From Felis catus (taxonomy: Eukaryota): a DNA stretch of 64,000 nt. The notes below the pieces were generated by a model. It did no database searches, was not told the origin of the DNA, and was given only the letters and a program-made list of their open reading frames with translations. Where the stretch lies: assembly GCF_018350175.1 (NCBI RefSeq), contig NC_058373.1:101496001-101560000 (forward strand), read 5' to 3'. The position numbers and the translations under genes are program-made. Positions 51,480 to 64,000 of this stretch are shown here, one piece after another. Within the stretch, counting starts at the first letter, position 1. Every line of letters starts with the position of its first letter.

Positions 51480-52625
51480 GAAGAACTTCTATTTTTGAAA
51501 AATGGTAGGCTATAGATCCTAAAATCTACCAGCCACAGAAAAAAATATATAAAGGTTTAATATTATATGTATATAATATTATAAAGTATAATTATCTGTA
51601 TGACATGTGTCAATAATAGTATATCATCATTATTATTCTATATGATTATAATATATGTGTTATTCAATTATATAGAGCTACATTAATCAGTTGTAAAAAA
51701 TAAGTGAAATATTCACAGACCCACTAAGAAGCTGATGCTGAGACCAGAGAGGTAAAAGAGTTCTAATGCAGGCATTGTGCAAGACCGGAAGCCAGATTGG
51801 AGATACATCCATGTAGAGCTAGGATTCACAAGGGGTTATTCATTCCTTCAGGAAAATGGTGAACTAAAAGGGAGCCTGTCCAGCAATAGCAAGCACAGAC
51901 GAAACCCTGGCTCTGTATAGAGGTTAAAAAAGACAAAACACCAAAAAATAATCCTCTGAGATTTCAAAAACCCAAGTTGGGCCACACAAAGGGTTTCGGG
52001 GCTAGAAATTACACTATCTATGTGGCCAAAAAAACCTAGCGGAGAATTTCATTTATGATGGACCCAAGTCTGTGGTGCTCCTAGATACTTGGTAAAGATG
52101 ATTGAAAATCCACCTAGAGAAACAACCCCTCCACCCAGGCCTCATGGAGCTCCCTCAGAGGTAATGCCAACAAATATGAACTTACATGAACTCACAATCA
52201 AAAATCACAAAATCTACCAGAAGACAAGAACCCATGAATAAGAGTCATCAGAAACAACAAACAATAGAACCAGACCCATAAAGTTTCAGATAGTGACATT
52301 ATCAGATTCTAAATGAAAGATAAAGTGACCAGACAAATTTGAAAAAGAACTAAATAAAATTTTGAGTTTTGTTAATAGAATAGTTGTTATTGAAAATTCA
52401 GTGAAGCTACAAGCATACAACCAACCAAATCCTGACTGTGGAGAATTGCATAGGACAAATGACCTATTTCTTCAAAAACTAAACCGCAAGGAGGAAAGCA
52501 AAGGAAATGGAAACTGCTATAGATCAAAAAAAAAAAAAAAAAAAAAAAAAAACCCTCTACCAAATGCAATGTAAAGATCCTGATTCAAGTAAACCAAATC
52601 TAAAATATTGTTAAAAAAATATTAA
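51480..52625 (+). mobile_element. Ancient L1M 5'/ORF1-like and 3' fragments
   Basis: atgaactcacaatcaaaaatcacaaaa...aagagtcatcagaaacaacaaacaatagaa and ccaaatgcaatgta..gatcctgattc motifs. Confidence 0.55.
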
Positions 52626-54547
52626 TAGAGAACTGTTTGAAGGACAATAAATATTTATTTTCTGTTCATTTTGCTAAGATGGGCTTTTGTCTTAGACTTA
52701 TATTGAGGGGCAGTAGAAGAAACAGCCATATAACAGCTATCCACAGTTTTTACTGTAAGGGTACCATCTGGGATAATGTCCACTACTTTATAGTGTGGTC
52801 TTAAGACCTATGGTAGGATTTTCTTTCAAGTCTCAAGAAAAACTGTGTTTCTCCTGATTCAATCTTGTCTCTAGGATACTACAACTCTTGAAACCATGCC
52901 TGTTTTTCTTTCTTACATTGGTCTTTAGCAAACTCCAAGTCAAATATTCAATCCACTTCAAGCAGCATCACAGAACCATATGGGATACATTCCTGTGAAC
53001 TATTTTATCACAAACTAGCTCTATTTGTCTTTCCCTGGATTCCTTTAGCCATATAGTTTATACTTTGCATATTTTTTATAATCTACCTCAAGGTTTAAAT
53101 AAAACTGCACACCACCTCAAATTCTTGGGTGTCTGCTCTAAAAGGAACCCAAGCTTTATATACATTTTGGGGGGATGATTAGAGATGGTACCTATAATGT
53201 GCATGTCATATGGTCACTCAACAAAAGTACTTCTGCATTTAGCTTTTCATCTCATTTAAGCTATAGCTCCTTAATAACACAAACTGTATTTTTTCAAGTT
53301 TATAACACACATAATGCCTTGCACACTTAAGTAATCTATTTAGGAGTAAGAGAACCAGAGCATCATTAAGACCTCACACAACAATGTAATGCTCTGGGGC
53401 TTAATGACAGGAATGAATTCTAAGCCACATTCTTTGAAGCAAATGTTTGAATTTGTGCACTAGATAGATTTTCATGACCTCCTAAGGCACAAAGTTCTGG
53501 AGACAGAGATAACTAATGATGAGTATTTGATAGGTTAATACATTGCATCCTACTACTAAGTAAATTGAAAATATAGCCCAAATTCATAGGGAAGATGCAG
53601 GTCACGGCAAATTCATTAGACTCCCTCCTCTTTTTAAATCTGTGTTCTGTCTCTGAAAGTTCAAACTCTTTTATGTTGTTATCCTCAATCAGAGCATCTA
53701 ATAATCTAGTATGTGACTCCATTTGAAATTCCATAGATCTCATTTTCTGTTTGTATTTGTGTAGTCTAAATAAGACTAGAGGCTAGCCAGCAGAGACACA
53801 CTGTATGGGGTACTGGCAGTATGAGTCTCAGTCCCTAGGGAACCAGAGCTACAGTAGAAATGAGTGATGGGCTAAGCAGGGATGGCACAAACTACCAAAA
53901 GCAACTGCCATAGCTGCACTTATATATTTTTAAGGAATAATTTATTATTCCCATTTTATAGGTCAGGAAACCAAGGCTTTCAGAAGTTTTCTTCCCTGAG
54001 GGCCATAATTAGAAACTTACCAAACCAGAATTTGAAACTAGAGATATGTAATTTTACAGTTTCTTCCACACTACCCTGCAATGGAGAGAAGTATCACCAA
54101 AAAAAGTATAAACAATGTGTATGGGAGTTTGGAGGAGAACATGAGTAAGGAAGAAAAGAAAAAAAGAAGCTGATAGTAAAAGAAAGTGGTATTTGTTGAG
54201 CAACTACTGTGAGCCAAGCACTTTTATATGTTTTATCTTATCAAAGTCATACAACCACTTTGCTTGGTAGGACATTTTTGTCCACAGACAAGATGAGCCT
54301 CAGAAAAGTAAAGTGACATCCCTAAGGTCACACAGTCAGTAACTACATAGCTAGGAATCATATCCATAACTTGTGACCCAAAGTCACAAAGTCACTTGGG
54401 ACTCCAAAGGCCATGTCTTAAACTAAAAGTACTTTCAAGCTCCTATTTCTATTGAGTTTTGTTCCTATCTTGTTTGACCAAATGTCAAGAACCAGACCAG
54501 GAAAGGGCCAAGACTGGATAATCAGAGAGGCCTTGTCCAGCAGGACA

Positions 54548-54642
54548 AGGGTGGCCAACCATCTTGGTTTCCCTAGGTCTGAAGGGTTTCTCAGGATACA
54601 GGACTTCCAGTGCTGAAACCGTGACAATTCTGGGCAGATGCT
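54548..54642. mobile_element. MER81-like hAT-Blackjack MITE
   Basis: agggtggccaaccatcttggtttccc...gggtttctcaggatacaggacttccagtgctgaaacc. Confidence 0.7.
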
Positions 54643-55508
54643 GATAGGAAAATTCAGTGGCTCTGCCAAAAAGGGATCCATTCACCATGAGATTAACAGT
54701 TCCACGCATAAGTGGCCTTAGCATGGCAGTCAAGTAGCAGGATGCCAGGATGGAAGGGCAAATCCACTAGGGGACAGGCAAGAAGACAATGAGATGCAGT
54801 TGGGTTCTAGGGATTCAGGAGACAGTCTTGTGAACACAGCTCATTTAAGGTGATATTTCTCTTACACTAAGTCAAGAATGCTTTCTCTATATGAAATATT
54901 CTTATAACACTGGAACTGCACTGACAAACATCTAACGCTACCACTTTGTTCAAGACCAAGGGTTTTTTTCCCAAGCTCTTTGCCCTACATCCATCTACAT
55001 AGCATAATTTTGAAATGGAAGGTTTTGAATTCTGGCTTCTCTATGTCAGTGTCTTTATCCCTCTGTTTTAGGCAACCAGCATTCTGAATTTTATCCATCT
55101 TACCAAAATGTGGAAAGGCTCTGCACTCAGTCATTGAAGCCACTAGTGTGAATTAAAGCCAGTGTCACTCGTCATTCTACATCTCCATCTAATGGAGTGA
55201 CTTGCCTTCCTAATAGTATCAAGAGTACATGGAATAGCTGTTGGGGGGGGGGGGGTGTGAGGAGTTGCAAATGGCTCTCCCTCACCTCTCCCACCAGCAT
55301 ATTACATGGAGTTGACAGAAGACAAGCAAATCAAATTCAGAATCCCAATCAACTGGTTGAAAAATTGGGTAAGGCTTATCCTCTTTTGAAACTTTATTTA
55401 CCTACCTTTTTTCCCAAAATTACAATGATAAAAAAGTTTTTAAAGTTATTTCCTTAGTCCAGGAGACATCTCTCTTGTAATAGTTTACTAAAAACATGCA
55501 GTGAAGGT

Positions 55509-55546
55509 GCCTCATTAGCACAGTAGGTAGCACATCAGTCTCATAA
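55509..55546 (+). pseudogene. Tailless retrocopy of the 5' half of elongator tRNA-Met(CAT)
   Basis: gcctcattagcacagtaggtagcacatcagtctcataa vs recalled tRNA-Met GCCTCGTTAGCGCAGTAGGTAGCGCGTCAGTCTCATAA: 34/38 identical, all four differences CpG-to-CpA; TSD taaaaacatgcagtg at 55489-55503 and 55544-55558. Confidence 0.88.
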
Positions 55547-55829
55547 AAACATGCAGTGCATTTTGCTCCATGAAGAAGACTGGCAGGAGTCCTTGCAGTA
55601 GAGTGCTTTAGAAAATGACCCTTCATCCTTTCGGAGTATGGAGGTGTTCAAGCCCCATTTATTTCTCTGCAGACAACGGTTTAAGGACGGAGTAAAGAGT
55701 AGTTTGAAAATTCTCTAGTAACTGTAGAGTACAACCTACCAAGAGCAGTTCTTCCCAGATGACTGGAAAACCATTCCAGTGAAGGAGGCAGGATGGCAAA
55801 AGGTTTCTGCAATTTTTTTAACATTACTT

Positions 55830-56402
55830 TTTAGAACTTCTTATTGAAGTATTGTCTATGCATAGAAAAGTATACAAATCACAAATACACAGCTTATATT
55901 TTTTTGAGAAACCGAACACATGCGTATAACCAGCACTAAGATCAAGAAATGATGTATTACCGGTACTTCATTAACCCTCCAGAGATAAACTACGATCTTG
56001 ACTTCTAAAACTAAAGCTTAGTTTTGCCTATTTCTGCAATGCATAGAATTCAAATAATTCAATATGTTTTCTTTTCTAGCTGGCTTCTTTCCCTCAATAT
56101 TTTCGTTATGAGATATTGTTGCACGTGACACCACATTATTTATTCTCACTGCTGTATAATCTGCCTTTGAATGGATATACTATAATTTATTTTCTACTCT
56201 ATTGCTGATGGCCATTTGAGTGGTTTCTAGCTTGAGGCAAGTATCAATACCATTCCTATGAACTTTCTCATACATGTCTTTTGGTAAACATGTGTATGCA
56301 TTTCAGTTGGTTATATATGCCTAGGGATAAATTGTAGGGTCATGGTATATGCATGCAAATGTTCAACTCCAGTAGATATTGCCAAATAGTTTTCAAAGCC
56401 TT
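55830..56402 (-). mobile_element. L1MC/ME-like 3' end
   Basis: Antisense L1 3'UTR and ORF2 end (tggcttctttccctcaatatt...ctattgctgatggccatttgagtggtttc...gccaaatagttttcaaag). Confidence 0.85.
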
Positions 56403-56823
56403 AGTCATCTGGGGAGAGAGCACAATTGCTAATGGAATCACAGATTTAGAAGAAATTCTGGAAATCCAGTGAGTACATTCCCTGGTTTCTGGCTGACTTG
56501 CATTCCCATTGACTCCACTGAAGACAAACCTCCCAATAAAGAAGGTACATAACCTCCTGCCCATATCCTTTTTACTCATCATAACTTGGTAAAAGCAGCC
56601 ATGGAATAGCCCTACCTTCAAATTTACAATCCCCCCTAAACTCCTGACTCCAAACTGGCCAAGCATGGCAACAGTTTAGAGCATACTTTCTAAGTACAAA
56701 GACCTGGATTGGACTCAATTACCTACTGGCAAGATATTCAGCTTCTCTGACCCTCGGTTTCCTTATCTGTAAGTTGGCAATTATCACCTAAGGTGTGTGC
56801 CCAGGGCTTGTCACAAAAGAGAT

Positions 56824-57203
56824 TATATTAGTTACCTAGAGCTGCCGTAACAGGTACCACAAACTGGGTGGCTTAAAATAACCAAAATTTATTCTCTCAC
56901 AGTTCTGGAAACCAGAAGTTGGAAACCAATAGGTCAGCAGAGGTGGTTCCTTCTAGGAGAATCTGCTCCATGCCTCTCTCCTAGCTGCTGGCATTACTTG
57001 GCTTGTAGCTGCTTAATTCCAATCTCTGCCTACATTGTCACATGGTCTTCTTCCCTGTGTCTCTCTCTGTGTGCCCACCCTAATCCAGTGTGACCTCATC
57101 TTAATCTAATTAATTACATCTGCAAAGACCCTACTTCCAGGTAAGGTCACTGAGTTTCTGGGTTAGACATGAATTTTGGGGAGACACTATTCAACATAGT
57201 ACA
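56824..57203 (-). mobile_element. MLT1B/C solo LTR
   Basis: gctgccgtaacaggtaccacaaactgggtggcttaaa...gacctcatcttaatctaatt..acatctgcaaagaccctacttcca...cactattcaacatagtaca. Confidence 0.88.
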
Positions 57204-60200
57204 GAGGTATTCAATAAGTAGCAACTACTAGTATCTACAATTTTTATTTTACTGACCAGTGGATGGATGGACCTTTCATTGATTAACTCAAATATTTATT
57301 GAGCGTCTACAATGTGCCAGGTACAGTTATAGGTGCCGGCAGCAATATAGTCCTCCTCTCATGAAGGTTAAAAGATTCGCAGGACTATTAATAATCATAT
57401 AACTTGCCAGGTGGTGATGATAAGAAGAAAAGGAAGGCAGGAGCACTGTATCTAAAAATTCCAACTTGGTTTCCTCCATTCTATCCTGTATGCAACCTTC
57501 TCCTCTGGGACCATGTCCTCTCAGCCTTTCGTTGTGTTCGTTGTAAAGGATGACATGGATTTTTCTACCTAAAAATGAGAAAACCCATTCCAGATCACAC
57601 TTTCCATTACAGTGGACAAATTAATCATGATTATCCCATGAACTGGAGACTTGTATAACTGAGGAAATTGTTCCAAATGGAAGAATAGCTCACAGGGTAG
57701 GAGGTAAATCGAATTCCACAAGTGATAATAAGAGAGAGCAAAAAGAGGGCAGTTATGTATCAGGCTGCATGAATCATTTACTATAAATCCAGATGTTTGC
57801 AAAATGAAAAACAGGCCAAGTCTGTGACCTCGTGAACTGATGTAAGGACTGGTTAAAATATGATGGGAGAATAAATATGGAATTTTTTTAAGTCATGAAA
57901 AGGCCATTTACCTATTTGTCACTTTGAAAACATATAGGAGATATGAAAATATTTAAAATTTTATTTTGAACTGCCATCAAACTACTTAAATTTTTTAGCA
58001 ACCGAAGTTTCAATTATTATAAATCAGGAGCACAGCATGAGTGGCTTGTTATATCATTGTGGAGAGAAAAACACTTTGTTAAGCTCGTTTCCAAGGAAAT
58101 GAAACGCTTTTCAGACATGTCATTAATGCTCATAAAATCCCCCGGAGCCAAGTAGAGGGCAGATGTTATTTTTCAGAATGGTCACAGACCATCAATAGAA
58201 GGAAATCTCATTTAATTGTTTGAGTATTTATTTGCTTATTTATACTTCAAGGAACTAATTTAAGAAATGAGACTGGGGTGATCTGTATTATTAAAACACA
58301 TATCAAAAAACGTAGAAGAAACCTACACATGAAGAAAATAATAAGGGAAGTGCACACGGAGAATTAACCTATCACAAACAGAAGCAAAACACCAAGAAAG
58401 TGGAAACTGTCAGTTCTTGTAAATTCATGAAGCAAAGAATCGTGAGTCCCAAAGCCCCCCTCTTAAATTTGTACTAACACAGAACTAACTTCCACACTGG
58501 CCCAGTACATTACCAGTGCCCAATAACCTGCGTCAACCTGCTGGAACCCTCTCTCCTATACATCACACTCCCAGTCGTATTTCCAAATCCCACCTGTTCT
58601 CTGTATATTCCCTGAACTGTCCTACTTCCCCCAGATGTCCCACTGGATGTTTAAACCACTATTCCTATCCTCTTCCTGTCCCTACCATTTTCTGGGAAAC
58701 GACATTCCCACCTACCATGCATTCCCACTTAGTCCTTCTGTCCTCATTTTTCTCACTGAATCTACCTGCCTCCAATCTGCTTATCCTGACTTTAGGGTTG
58801 CAAGAGTTTCCCCTCCCTACCCAAGAAAGGTAGAGATCATCTTAGAAGCATAAAAGGCACCAACAACAGTCAGGTTGTCACGAGGGTTTTTTTGCCCATG
58901 TTGTCATAGGTGGAACTATGAAAGAGCCCGTGAGGCCTCAAAAGACAACTCTGAACTTTGCGGTGTGTTCCCTCACAGAATCCCTTGTTAACTAAATATT
59001 TATTGAGCAGTGTTGGGTGAGAAACTACCTTGACATAATGGTAGCCTCTAAGTACACTACCAGGCAAACTCTCCCAGGGGTCATGGAACAGAAAGGCTCT
59101 CAGACTACATTAATATGTTGGAATCACATGGTTCATTAAGTGAATTTAAAGCACATAGCAAGAAGCAAGGGCAAAAAGATATGGTGTAAGTTATCACACT
59201 TGGGCTCCAGTGCAAGCAGGTGGGGAGAAACTACATGACCAGAATTCTGGGTTCTGTATTCCCTGTGGATGGCAATGGTGTGAGCATCAGAGTTAGTATG
59301 GGCAAGAGGGCCCAAGAGGTGAAGGTGCCTGGATTCGAGGGTACATACTTGCTCTATCAGAGTAATTCTATCTGGCCATAGCTGTAGTTTGGCAATTAGC
59401 CTATTGAGCAGCCACAGATTGTATTTGTACTTCTTGAGTAGAGGATACACAGACCAAAATAGATGTGTCAATGAGTAGCCATATTAAGACCTCATAAATA
59501 TTCAGTACCTTCTGTATGGTCAACATATCATGAATATGTAGTGATTATTTAGTCCACCCTTTTCTGTGTGCATTCACACAAATATGCTCTACTTTATTTG
59601 TCAAACTGGTTACTCTATGCTTAACACATCTTAATGAGTTGCATCCATTCTTTCTGTTTTCTTCTATCACAGAACTGAACACTCTCAAATAATTTAGTAA
59701 AAGCACTTTAGGAGCAGTTACTGTATTTCTAGCTCTGGGGGCAGGAAGATCATGCGTAGAGCAGGAAGTAAATGCACAGAGAGTGAGCACTTGGGGACAT
59801 GGGCAGCAAAGACATCCTAAAGGGGTTGCTATGTGAGGTGCGACTTCAAAACTGTGTAGGACCTGCCCTGGAGACACAGTCTGGGTCCTCCAGACAGAGG
59901 AACGAAGGACTGAGCAAAGGCACTGAGGAGTCACCCTGAGTGGCACCTGCAGCAAACTAGAGCATCAGGTGCAGAGTTCCAAACAGGTGCCTAGAAGCTG
60001 GGGCTGGAGAGGAGACAGGTGGCAGTAGGAGGAAGCTCTGTATCAAGCTAGAGTTGGACATCACTGAGGAGAAGGTGGGCAGCTGCCCATGAGAGCTATG
60101 TGCCAAGCATGGGGCAGGGGTCCCAGCCAGGGCTACAGGATGGGGGCTCTGAGAACTGCCAGCCGGATTTTGGAAGTGGGGAAAATCTAACGTGGTGCAG

Positions 60201-60772
60201 GTCAGGAGGATAGGAGGTGCTGCGTCCAGGAGGCAGAAGAGCATGGTTTGGGTGGCCCACCTCACCTCAGCCTCTCTGTTGCCACAGAGCCTTGTGGGCT
60301 GTTTGTCAGAACTGTCTCAAAGTAAATGAACCAGTTTTCACTTCTTTCATTTCCAGCAACTGATACATAACTTCACCCAGTGGTGGACAGTGTTCTGCAC
60401 TATGTCATTCGACATTACCATTCCCATTTGGTTTCTTGGGGACCTGGGGTCAGACTCAGAACTCAGCTTTGACTTCACAAAGGGGCAACTTTGCTCCACT
60501 CACTACAGCTGAACAAACCCCCTTTGTGGGCCCCTTTTCAACCAGAGCTGATTAGGTTCTATTTATAGTTGTGATAAAAAGGTAAACATATCCCAATTTC
60601 TCTAAATATCCACGATACACTCATAAACTAACTAGTTTAACTCCTCATTCCAAACCTACAAACAACCTGGATGCAGAGAGGGAGCTGCAGGAAAGTAAGA
60701 AAATAAATATTTGTGAATTGCACACAGCATGCTTCTTAGTTCTTCAAGCCAGCTCAAATTTACAATGGGCTA

Positions 60773-61209
60773 CAAACGGCATCAATGGATGAATGGATAC
60801 ACAAGATGGGGAATATATATATAATGGAGTATTACTTGGCAATCAAAAGAATGAAATCTTGCCATTCGCAACTACATGGATAGAACTAGAGGGTATTATG
60901 CTAAGCGAAATTAGAGAAAAACAAATATCCTATGACTTCACCCATATGAGGACTTTAAGATACAAAACAGATGAACATAAGGGAAGGGAAGCAAAAATAA
61001 TATAAAAACAGGGAAGACGACAAAACATAAGAGACTCTTAAATACGGAGAACAAACAGAGGGCCACAGGAGGGGTTATGGGAGGGGGAATGGGCTAAATG
61101 CATACGGAGCATTAAGGAATCTACTCCTGAAATCATTGTTGCACTATATGCTAACTAACTTGGATGTAAATTTAAAAAATAAATTAAATAATAAAAATTA
61201 AATAAAAAC
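60773..61209 (+). mobile_element. 5'-truncated carnivore/felid L1 3' end
   Basis: TSD ttacaatgggcta at 60760-60772 and 61210-61222; ORF2 C-terminal KNEILPFATTWIELEGIMLSEI; same subfamily as 35282-36179. Confidence 0.95.
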
Positions 61210-61348
61210 TTACAATGGGCTAATCCATGTTCTTATTCATTCACTCAACAAACATTCTTTGAGCCCCTAATGTGTGAGCAGCACATGTGTTTCACACACT
61301 GATTCACCATTAGGCAGGTAGGATTCAAATGACACAGTCTAATTAAAT

Positions 61349-61892
61349 CAGAGATGGATGCACCTTAAATTAATAAAGCTTAAACCTCAGAGCACCTTCC
61401 CAGAATAGATACTTTCCAAGACCCTGGGAGGGAATTTAGCAAAGAGCTTGCATAGTTGTATGCTTTATGAAATGTGCAAATGTGTAATATTTTAACTGCA
61501 ATTGGCTTAAGTCCATTATATACTTCCATTTTGGCTTTCCTTCAGCCACACTTACCCTCAGTTTGGGTGTTTTAGGAGTGGCTACAAACATTTTGGGGAT
61601 CTAGCTTAGAAGTTAAATTGGGGGTACATTGCTGGTTTGCAGTTATTTCCCATGGATAGTTAAGTCATTACTAGCCATCCCAGTGTAGGACCTAATTCCA
61701 GGAATGCTCCTCTACCCATTATGCTGACTTGCTCTGCATCAAGACAAGTATAGGGCCAGAGGTCATATCATAATATGAATATGTCTTACTGAACCCCATA
61801 CCCCAATTATGTATTTGGAGAAACAAGGTTTGAAATGTAAGGAGCCAAAAGTCAGTCCACGGAAAAATTTTCAGTCATCAGATGTGTAAAAC
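61349..61892. mobile_element. Zaphod/MER115-like hAT-Tip100 element
   Basis: taataaagcttaaacctcag, ttccaagaccctgggaggg, agggccagaggtcatatcataatatgaa and gagaaacaaggtttgaaatgta match the recalled consensus. Confidence 0.75.
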
Positions 61893-62849
61893 TGGGTGCT
61901 TTGGTTGGGGAGAAGACATGGAAAGGTTCTTAAGATGAATTATTGCCCAGGATGCCAGGTCTACCCTGGGAGTGCTGGAAAACCAGGGACAATGTAGACC
62001 TACCAAGTGAAAAAAAAGGAAGGAGGCATTAAATGGATAGGGTGGAGAGAGAATGGAAAAGATGGCTTTGCTCACCTGGAAGAATTTTATGCTTTTACTG
62101 AACTAAGTGGTATGCAGGGTTCTCTTTAGTCTTAAAATAGGATTCTTGACACAAAATTATGTCTAGCAGTTGGAGTCACATATATAAAAGGTAGTTCCCC
62201 AGACTGTCAGGTCTTACCTTGGTAATTATTTGTATCTGTAGCTTTGAGTTATTTATACATATATTCTTCTGAAACCAGTGGAAAAGTCTCTGGCCTCAAT
62301 TCCAGAGTCATGTTGGCTGAACGCCATAGCTTACTTTTCTAAGAGAGTCTTTACCAACCAAAGATCTACCTCTTACTTCCCCAGGAGCACCTACCTTCAT
62401 ATTCAGAATACATTAACACATGGTCCTCTCCACTCAGTCCTCAGTCTGGAAGCCCTCTCCATCAGAAGATAAACAGGGGGTGCTGTTTATCTTCAGACAA
62501 ACAATGCCAAGTGTTGTTTTCAGGAAACTTTGGAAAGTTCAGTCCTTCTGTGCTCTGATGGGTTTCCAGAAAATTACCAGCCAACAGCCTCAGGCCCCCC
62601 ATACTTATAATGGAAAAACATTATTCATGCACCTATAACATATTTGCTTCAGACATCCAAGGAAAGCAGATATACTACAAACTTTTGTAGTAATGAGTGG
62701 GAAGTACAGTCTAAAATATTCAAGACATAAAAAGCATGAATCACCACAGTGTCTGTAGCTTATTGTCCTAGGTGGATAATGATACTTGATAGAGTTTCTT
62801 CCCATTCTGATGGGCAGTGCTAGAACAGGCAGTTCTTTACACAAACATC

Positions 62850-63140
62850 GGTGTAATTTAGGATGGGACGCTTTGGGCAGAAAGCCTGATTTAACTAGCT
62901 TAAACAATAAGGAATTAATAATCTCAAATGACAAGAAGTCAGAGGTAGGGTCATTCTAGGGCTGGTTAATTCAGCAGCTCAATAATCTTTTCCACTCCAC
63001 CATCCCCAATGCAGGTTTTCCCTTCCAGGTTACCCGCCCCCCTTCATGGTGCCAAGATGCTACTGCAGCTTCAGATAACACAAGTTGAAGGCATTGTCTG
63101 GAAGGCCAAATGGGTCAGTCTCCTCTCACTTATGGCTTTT
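62850..63140. mobile_element. Old MLT1 (J/K-like) LTR
   Basis: gcttaaacaataaggaatt...acaagaagtcagaggtagg...ggttaattcagcagctcaataat...caagatgctactgcagct. Confidence 0.6.
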
Positions 63141-63371
63141 TCTAATGTCAGGTTTGTGGATATATAAGTTATATACTTACATACATAAGTAAAATTCAAC
63201 AGTTTTAAGTATGCAACCTAAGTTTGACCATTGTGTACAGTCATATAACAACCAACGTGTAGAACATTTCCATCATGCCAGAAAGTTCCATCGTGTCTGT
63301 TTGCAATCTCCTCCCTCAATCCAACACCTCACAACCACTAATCTTATTTCTGTCCTTATAATTCGCCTTTG

Positions 63372-64000
63372 CAATAATACAAAAATACAGATTCAAAGGG
63401 GTACATGCACCCCAATGTTTATAGCAGCACTATCAACAATAGTCGAACTATGGAAAGAGTCCAAATGTCCACTGACTGATGAATGGATAAAGAAGGTGTG
63501 GTGTGTATGTATGTATGCATGTATGTATATGTGTATATATATATGTGTGTGTCTGTGTGTGTTTACATATATAATGAAATATTATTCAGCCATCAAAAAG
63601 AATGAAACCTTGCCATTTGCAACAATGTGGATGGAGTTAGAGTGTATCATGCTAAGCAAAATAAGTCAGTTAGGAAAAGAAAAATATGTAATTTCACTTA
63701 CATGTAGAATTTAAGAAACAAAACAGATGAACATATGGGAGAAGAGGGGAAAAAGGGGAAAAGAGAGTGAAACAAACCATAACAGGCTCTTAAAGAGAGA
63801 GAACAAACTGAGGATTGATGGAGGGAGGCAAGTGAAGGATGGGCTAATTAGGATGGGTGTTAGGAGGACACTTGTTATGATGAACACTGGGTGTTGTATG
63901 TAAGTTATGAATCACTGAATTCTATTCCTGAAACCAATATTGCATTGGATGCTAACTAATTAGAATTTAAATAAAAATCTGAAAAGGAAAAAGATAATAA
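63372..64000 (+). mobile_element. Carnivore L1 3' end (runs to the window edge), preceded by an older antisense L1M fragment
   Basis: ORF2 C-terminal TCTPMFIAALSTI..WKESKCP..DEWIKK and KKNETLPFATMWMELE, then 3'UTR and A-rich tail; 63145-63370 resembles an antisense L1M 3'UTR. Confidence 0.93.

Noticed and set aside
63211..63714. 167-aa ORF
   Set aside because: Chimeric read-through of an antisense old L1, the L1 ORF2 C-terminus and a (TG/TA) microsatellite.
1..64000. NUMT, endogenous viral ORFs, rRNA or intact tRNA genes, CRISPR arrays
   Set aside because: No mitochondrial-like, gag/pol/env or intact structural RNA gene was recognised by eye.

Overview
Mammalian nuclear DNA from a felid (probably domestic cat or a close relative), judged from 23 tRNA-derived Can-SINE copies of the felid type plus carnivore and felid L1 3' ends. 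I could not recognise any protein-coding exon. The longer ORFs in the track derive from SINEs, microsatellites or decayed L1, or look like chance ORFs, so the window is intergenic or deep-intronic. Non-repeat landmarks are a CpG-rich island (~9.6-11.45 kb) with TATA/CCAAT/GC-box motifs and strong splice donors, inside a zone with no Can-SINEs, and several enhancer-like blocks; I cannot name the host locus. The most unusual sequence-supported observations are two tiny poly(A)-less retrocopies of structural RNAs, each bracketed by a perfect 15-bp target-site duplication (TSD): U1 snRNA nt ~11-31 at 22652-22674 and the 5' half of elongator tRNA-Met(CAT) at 55504-55546. Both end in an RNA loop. 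Other oddities are a three-tier L1/L1/SINE nest, SINEs with duplicated 5' heads, a triplicated TSD, an ultra-short L1 tail, a probable locally templated insertion and closely spaced inverted young SINEs. I see no convincing evidence of a new multi-gene system. Repeat family names and RNA consensus sequences are from memory, not from a database search, and repeat boundaries are approximate.
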